Origin: Gemmataceae bacterium
Lineage (GTDB): Bacteria > Planctomycetota > Planctomycetia > Gemmatales > Gemmataceae
Reading direction: 5' to 3'
DNA: 11,714 bases
NCBI GenBank assembly: GCA_019748295.1
Contig: JAIEPT010000297.1
Span: forward strand, 1-11,714
The notes below the pieces were generated by a model. The model had not been told where the DNA came from, searched no databases, and was given only the letters and a program-made list of their open reading frames with translations. Numbering within the stretch: the first letter of the stretch is position 1; every line of letters begins with the position of its first letter. Position numbers and translations under genes: made by a program. Positions 7,593 to 11,714 of this stretch are shown here, piece after piece.

Positions 7593-10079
7593 ATGCGTGT
7601 CGTCGGACTACTCTCCTGCGCCCTCGCTCTCGTTGCGCCAGCTATCTTAATCGCGGCCGAGCCGGTTCGCGGCAAGTTGATCGTCCATCCCGAGAAGATC
7701 GAACTCGTCGGAGCGACGAGCCGTCATGCGTTTCTCGTCACGCAAGTTCAGCCCGACGGTTCGCGTCGCGACGTGACCGCCAAAGCGAAGGTCGTCACCA
7801 GCAACCCGGCCATCGTTCGCCTGGAGAAAGGCGAAGCGATCGCGGCGGCCGATGGAACGTGCGATCTTCAAGTCGAACTCGACGGCCTCGCGGCTCAGCT
7901 CCCAGTAACCGTCCGCGATTCCGGCAAAGCGACTCCCCCTTCGTTTCGCAACGACATCGAACCGCTGCTGACGCGCTTTGGCTGCAACATGGGGCAATGC
8001 CATGGCAAAGGCGCGGGCCAGAACGGCTTTCGCCTTTCGCTCCGCGGCTATGCGGCCGAGTGGGATTACTTTTGGATCACGCGTGAATTCGACAGCCGGC
8101 GGGTCAACTCCAGCGAACCCGATGCAAGCCTGCTGCTCCGCAAACCGCTTGGCTTGGCTCCCCACGAAGGGGGCAAGCTTTGGCAATCCGGCGGTCGCGA
8201 GCACCAGCTCGTGCTCGATTGGATCAAGGCGGGCGTCCCGGGCATCTCGAAGGAAGACCTCGCACTCAAGAACATCGAGATTTTGCCGGGCAATCGCATT
8301 CTTAGGGTCGGCGAAGAGCAGCAATTGCTCGTGCAGGCCGAGTTCGCGGACGGCCTCAAACGGGACGTGACTTGGCTCACGCAGTTCGTTTCCAACGACG
8401 GCCTCGCCGAAGTGTCGCCGACCGGACTCGTGAAGATCGTCCGCCCCGGCGAAACCGCCATCCGGGCCACGTTCCTGGGCCAGGTGTCCGTCATCACGGT
8501 CGCCTCGCCTTACGATCAGAAGTTCGATCCCGCGACGCTCGCCAAGAAAAACAACTTCATCGATGAGCATGTTTTCGCGAAGCTCGCGGAACTCAAGGTT
8601 GAAGCGTCCGAACTGTGCAGCGACGAAACCTTTATCCGCCGAGTGTTTCTCGACGCCATCGGCCTGCCGCCGACTGCGGTAGAAATTCGCACGTTCCTCG
8701 CGGATCGTGATGCGACCAAGCGGGCAAAGCTGATCGACCGCTTGCTCGAACGGCCCGAGTTCGTCGATTTCTGGACGTTGCAACTCAGCGATCTTCTGCA
8801 GAATCGCAAGGAAGCGGACCACGACGTGCGCGGCGCCAAGGGCGTCCGCGACATGCACAACTGGATCCGCGGGCAGGTTGCCATCAACCGGCCGTGGGAC
8901 GAGATGGCCCGCGAACTGCTCACCACGACCGGCGACGTCAGCGAGAAGCCGGCCGTCGGCTATTACATCGTGAACGTCGGCGAACATCGCGATTCGCACA
9001 AGTCCACGATCGTCGCCAATGCGGCCCAGACCTTCCTTGGCGCCCGCATCGGCTGTGCCCAGTGCCACAACCATCCATCCGAAAAATACACGCAAGATGA
9101 TTACTACCATTTCGCCGGGTTCTTCTCGCGCATCCGCCTCGATCGCAAGGACCCGAAGCAGGGCGTCACGAAGCTGATGGTTTCGACGGCGGATCAGAAT
9201 CAGAACAAGCAGCCGGTGGGCGTCTCGCAACCGCGGACGAACCAGTTCCTGCCGCCGCGTCCGCTGGACCGGACCGAGACGCCGGTGAAGCCGGGCGAAG
9301 ATCCGCGCGAGAAGTTGGCCCAATGGATCACGAATCCGAACAACGAACACTTCGCGGGCGCGATGGTCAATCGCCTGTGGGCCCACTTCATGGGCGTGGG
9401 CCTCGTGGAACCGATCGACGATCTCCGCGTCAGCAATCCTCCTTCCAACCCTGGTCTTTGGAAGGCGCTGGGCCAGGAGTTCGTCGCCAAGAAGTTCGAT
9501 CGCCGGCACATGATCCGCACGATCCTCAACTCGCGTACCTACCAGCTCAGCTCCGAAACCCGGAGAAGCAACGAGCGCGACCTTCGGTTCTATTCGCACT
9601 ACTATGCTCGCCGACTACCTGCCGAAGTGATGCTTGATGCCATCTCCCAGGCGACGGGCGTCCCGGAAAAGTTCGAGGGCTACCCCGTCGGCCTGCGAGC
9701 CGCACAGGTTCCGGACCCCGCGGTGAAGTCGTACTTCCTAGGACTCTTCGGCCGCAGCGAGCGCATCACCGCCTGTGCCTGCGAACGCAATAATGAGGTA
9801 ACGCTGCCGCAACTGCTCCATGTCAGCGGCGGCACGACGATCGGTCAAAAGATCGCCGATGCGAATGGCCGATTGACCGACTTGCTCAAAGCGAAGAAGA
9901 GCGACACGGAATTGGTCGATGAGTTGTTCCTTACAACGCTATGCCGCCTGCCGCGTTCGCAAGAACGGCAACTGGCGGAAAACGATCTCAAGTCGGCGGA
10001 GCCGACGGAACGCGAACAGGTCTTCCGCGACCTGTTCTGGGTGTTGATGAACACGAAGGAATTCGCGTTCAATCATTAA
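7593..10079 (+). CDS. Secreted Planctomycete-type multidomain protein: signal peptide – Big_2 – PSCyt1-like (CX4CH variant) – Big_2 – PSCyt2/DUF1549 – PSD1/DUF1553
   Basis: 828 aa. N-terminal Sec signal MRVVGLLSCALALVAPAILIAA. Two bacterial Ig-like (Big_2-type) segments (res ~25-110 and ~225-305). A cytochrome-like segment with CNMGQCHG (nt 7983-8003) ends in LVLDWIKAGVP. The DUF1549 core is FIRRVFLDAIGLPPTAVEIRTFLADRD...LIDRLLERPEF. The DUF1553 region holds CAQCHNHP (nt 9054-9077). GAGG lies 7 nt upstream of the ATG. The partner DUF1501 gene follows immediately, as is typical. Confidence 0.85.
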   Translation: MRVVGLLSCALALVAPAILIAAEPVRGKLIVHPEKIELVGATSRHAFLVTQVQPDGSRRDVTAKAKVVTSNPAIVRLEKGEAIAAADGTCDLQVELDGLAAQLPVTVRDSGKATPPSFRNDIEPLLTRFGCNMGQCHGKGAGQNGFRLSLRGYAAEWDYFWITREFDSRRVNSSEPDASLLLRKPLGLAPHEGGKLWQSGGREHQLVLDWIKAGVPGISKEDLALKNIEILPGNRILRVGEEQQLLVQAEFADGLKRDVTWLTQFVSNDGLAEVSPTGLVKIVRPGETAIRATFLGQVSVITVASPYDQKFDPATLAKKNNFIDEHVFAKLAELKVEASELCSDETFIRRVFLDAIGLPPTAVEIRTFLADRDATKRAKLIDRLLERPEFVDFWTLQLSDLLQNRKEADHDVRGAKGVRDMHNWIRGQVAINRPWDEMARELLTTTGDVSEKPAVGYYIVNVGEHRDSHKSTIVANAAQTFLGARIGCAQCHNHPSEKYTQDDYYHFAGFFSRIRLDRKDPKQGVTKLMVSTADQNQNKQPVGVSQPRTNQFLPPRPLDRTETPVKPGEDPREKLAQWITNPNNEHFAGAMVNRLWAHFMGVGLVEPIDDLRVSNPPSNPGLWKALGQEFVAKKFDRRHMIRTILNSRTYQLSSETRRSNERDLRFYSHYYARRLPAEVMLDAISQATGVPEKFEGYPVGLRAAQVPDPAVKSYFLGLFGRSERITACACERNNEVTLPQLLHVSGGTTIGQKIADANGRLTDLLKAKKSDTELVDELFLTTLCRLPRSQERQLAENDLKSAEPTEREQVFRDLFWVLMNTKEFAFNH

Positions 10080-10094
10080 CGCGATATCCCCAAG

Positions 10095-10187
10095 CCCCAG
10101 GGTAAGCGCTAGCGCACCCTGGGGTTCCCGACGGTGAACGAAGTGATCGGGAAAGATCCCCAGGGTGCGCTAGCGCTTACCCTGGGG
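10095..10187. repeat. Perfect 30-bp inverted repeat pair (33-bp spacer), each arm itself an internal palindrome, between the DUF1553 and DUF1501 genes
   Basis: 10095-10124 ccccagggtaagcgctagcgcaccctgggg and 10158-10187 ccccagggtgcgctagcgcttaccctgggg are exact reverse complements. Each contains the half-sites ccccagggt/accctgggg flanking the self-complementary core gcgctagcgc. Both are preceded by atcccc(a). Confidence 0.8.
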
Positions 10188-10221
10188 CTTGACGCGAACG
10201 ACTGAAATCAAGGATCCGACC

Positions 10222-11529
10222 ATGCTCGATATTTTCAGCGACCGCTCGAATCGCCGCGATTTTCTTCGCGTCGGCGCCCTCACCGGCCTGGGCCTGAGTT
10301 TGCCGCGGCTGCTCGAAGCGCAGTCGGCGGGCGCCGCCGAGAATCGCCGGGGGGCACGGGCGAAGTCGGTCGTCCTCGTCTACCTTGGCGGCGGCCTGTC
10401 GCATCATGACAGCTTTGATCTGAAGCCGGATGCGCCTTCGGAGATCGCGGGCATCTACAAGCCGATGCGCACGAACGTTGCGGGCACGAACATCGGCGAA
10501 CTGCTGCCGCGGTTCGGCACGATCATGGACAAGGTCGCCCTCGTTCGCTCCGGCGCCCACAACAACGATCACCACGAAACCGCCACCAACTGGGTGCTCT
10601 CCGGCCGATTCGGCTCCCCCTTCGGCGACTTCCCCGCGATCGGCGCCGTCGTCGCCCATCAACTCGGCTTCCGCGGCGTGCTGCCGCCATACGTGTCGGT
10701 GCCCCGCAATCCGTCGTTCACCTGGGAACTCGGCAAAAGCGCCTGGCTCGGCGGACGCTTCGAATCGTTCAAAACCGGCGATCCGAATCAGCCCGGCTTC
10801 AAAGTGCAGGATGTCGCCCCGACGGAAAACCTGACTCCCCGCTCGGCGCAGCGCCGCCAGAGTTTGCTTCAGGCAATGGACGGCCTTGCTCGCAACATTC
10901 AGGGGAACGACCAGATCCAGACCTACGGCGAATTTCAACAGAGGGCCGCCAGCCTGCTGCTTTCGCCCGAAGCTCGTTCCGCGTTCGACATCGACCTCGA
11001 AAGTCCAACACTCCGCGATCGCTATGGCCGCAACACCTTTGGTCAAAGCTGCCTCCTGGCCCGCCGACTCGTGGAACGGGGCGTGCGATTCGTCACCGTC
11101 AACTACGGCGGCTGGGATCACCACGGCAATATCTTCCCAGGCCTCAACCGCAAGCTGCCGGAATTGGACACCGGCTTCGCGACGATGATCGAAGACATGG
11201 AGACGCGCGGCCTGCTTTCCGATACGCTCGTGGTGATGATGGGCGAGTTCGGCCGCACGCCGCGGATCAACAAGGACACCGGCCGCGACCACTGGGGCCC
11301 GGCCGCATCGCTGATTTTCGCCGGCGCCGGCGTCCGCGGGGGCCTGGTGCTCGGCGCCACCGATCGCCAGGGCGCCTACGTGACGCGCCGCCCCGTCTCG
11401 CCCGCGGATGTGGCTTACACGATCTATGAAGCCGTCGGCGTCGACCCCCACCGCTGGCTCACCCACCCCGAAGGCCGGCCGATCGAAATTCTGGACCAGG
11501 GCGAAATGGTGCGCGAGCTGTACGCGTAA
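10222..11529 (+). CDS. DUF1501 family protein (alkaline phosphatase/sulfatase-like superfamily), Tat-exported
   Basis: Preferred start is the ATG at 10222, with AAGGA 8 nt upstream. The TTG at 10189 in the ORF track overlaps the inverted repeat. Twin-arginine signal SNRRDFLRVGALTGLGLSLPRLLEA. Characteristic DUF1501 blocks: VVLVYLGGGLSHHDSFDLKPDAP, NNDHHETATNWVLSG, VNYGGWDHHGNIF, MMGEFGRTPRIN..GRDHWG. Its position directly downstream of a DUF1549/DUF1553 gene is the canonical Planctomycete pairing. Confidence 0.85.
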   Translation: MLDIFSDRSNRRDFLRVGALTGLGLSLPRLLEAQSAGAAENRRGARAKSVVLVYLGGGLSHHDSFDLKPDAPSEIAGIYKPMRTNVAGTNIGELLPRFGTIMDKVALVRSGAHNNDHHETATNWVLSGRFGSPFGDFPAIGAVVAHQLGFRGVLPPYVSVPRNPSFTWELGKSAWLGGRFESFKTGDPNQPGFKVQDVAPTENLTPRSAQRRQSLLQAMDGLARNIQGNDQIQTYGEFQQRAASLLLSPEARSAFDIDLESPTLRDRYGRNTFGQSCLLARRLVERGVRFVTVNYGGWDHHGNIFPGLNRKLPELDTGFATMIEDMETRGLLSDTLVVMMGEFGRTPRINKDTGRDHWGPAASLIFAGAGVRGGLVLGATDRQGAYVTRRPVSPADVAYTIYEAVGVDPHRWLTHPEGRPIEILDQGEMVRELYA

Positions 11530-11558
11530 TCGGCGGAGCGCTTGATCCAAATGAAGCG

Positions 11559-11601
11559 AAGGCTGGCCGCGATCTCCATCGCCGCCAGCCTTTTCTCTGT
11601 T
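11559..11601 (+). terminator. Putative rho-independent terminator downstream of the DUF1501 gene
   Basis: Stem aaggctggccgcgat (11559-11573) / atcgccgccagcctt (11578-11592): a 9-bp perfect GC-rich outer stem plus partial inner pairing, with loop ctcc. A T-rich tract ttctctgtt (11593-11601) follows. Confidence 0.5.
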
Positions 11602-11714
11602 ACGTCATTCGTCAGGCCACGTCTTGCAGTTTGTTGGCGAAGTAGAGTCGAGAGGTAGCGCGGTGGTTTAGGGGCGGCCTATCCGTCCGGCCCTTTCGGG
11701 TGCCGGGGCCTCAA

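Noticed and set aside
7647-9599. 650-aa minus-strand ORF
   Set aside because: Entirely antisense to the DUF1549/DUF1553 gene, whose product has conserved family motifs. The antisense translation is R/A/G-rich with no recognisable features.
10189-10221. TTG start for the DUF1501 gene given by the ORF track
   Set aside because: The TTG lies 2 nt after the end of the 3' inverted-repeat arm and has no RBS. The ATG at 10222 has AAGGA at the right spacing and gives a standard Tat signal N-region.
10177-11550. 457-aa minus-strand ORF
   Set aside because: Antisense to the DUF1501 gene, which has a Tat signal and conserved blocks. High-GC antisense artefact.
11551-11658. 35-codon ORF (MKRRLAAISIAASLFSVTSFV...) with a signal-peptide-like N-terminus downstream of the DUF1501 gene
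   Set aside because: It coincides exactly with the GC-rich stem plus T-tract of a putative intrinsic terminator, and the hydrophobic codons are a by-product of the hairpin sequence. Too short and unsupported to call as a gene.
1-11714. Searched for CRISPR arrays, tRNA/rRNA genes, transposases, integrases or other mobile/defence hallmarks
   Set aside because: No regularly spaced short direct repeats, no cloverleaf-like tRNA candidates, and no transposase/integrase/recombinase, HEPN, nuclease or ATPase-defence motifs in any supported ORF. The only repeats are the two intergenic inverted-repeat structures reported above.

Overview
The window is high-GC (~64%) bacterial DNA, almost certainly from a Planctomycetota genome. 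This is inferred from a DUF1549/DUF1553 + DUF1501 gene pair, which is characteristic of that phylum. It holds five genes I can support from sequence: (1) 112..1008 (+), a pterin-dependent aromatic amino-acid hydroxylase (phenylalanine-4-hydroxylase type). (2) 1239..3731 (-), an ~830-aa lipoprotein with no recognisable domains, convergent with gene 1. (3) 3957..7205 (+), one uninterrupted 1082-aa ORF that fuses a complete P1B-type heavy-metal P-type ATPase to a complete HflK/HflC-like SPFH (band-7) module, divergent from the lipoprotein gene. (4) 7593..10079 (+), a secreted Big_2–PSCyt1-like–Big_2–DUF1549–DUF1553 protein. (5) 10222..11529 (+), its usual partner, a Tat-exported DUF1501 (sulfatase/alkaline-phosphatase-superfamily) protein. 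The very long antisense ORFs, including a 1944-aa minus-strand ORF, are high-GC artefacts. Two intergenic regions carry unusually long inverted repeats. One is a 35-bp near-perfect inverted repeat with a 46-nt spacer downstream of the ATPase fusion. The other is a perfect 30-bp inverted repeat pair, each arm itself palindromic, between the DUF1553 and DUF1501 genes. I see no CRISPR array, transposase, integrase, tRNA or rRNA. The most unusual feature is the ATPase::HflK-like fusion and its divergently paired orphan lipoprotein.
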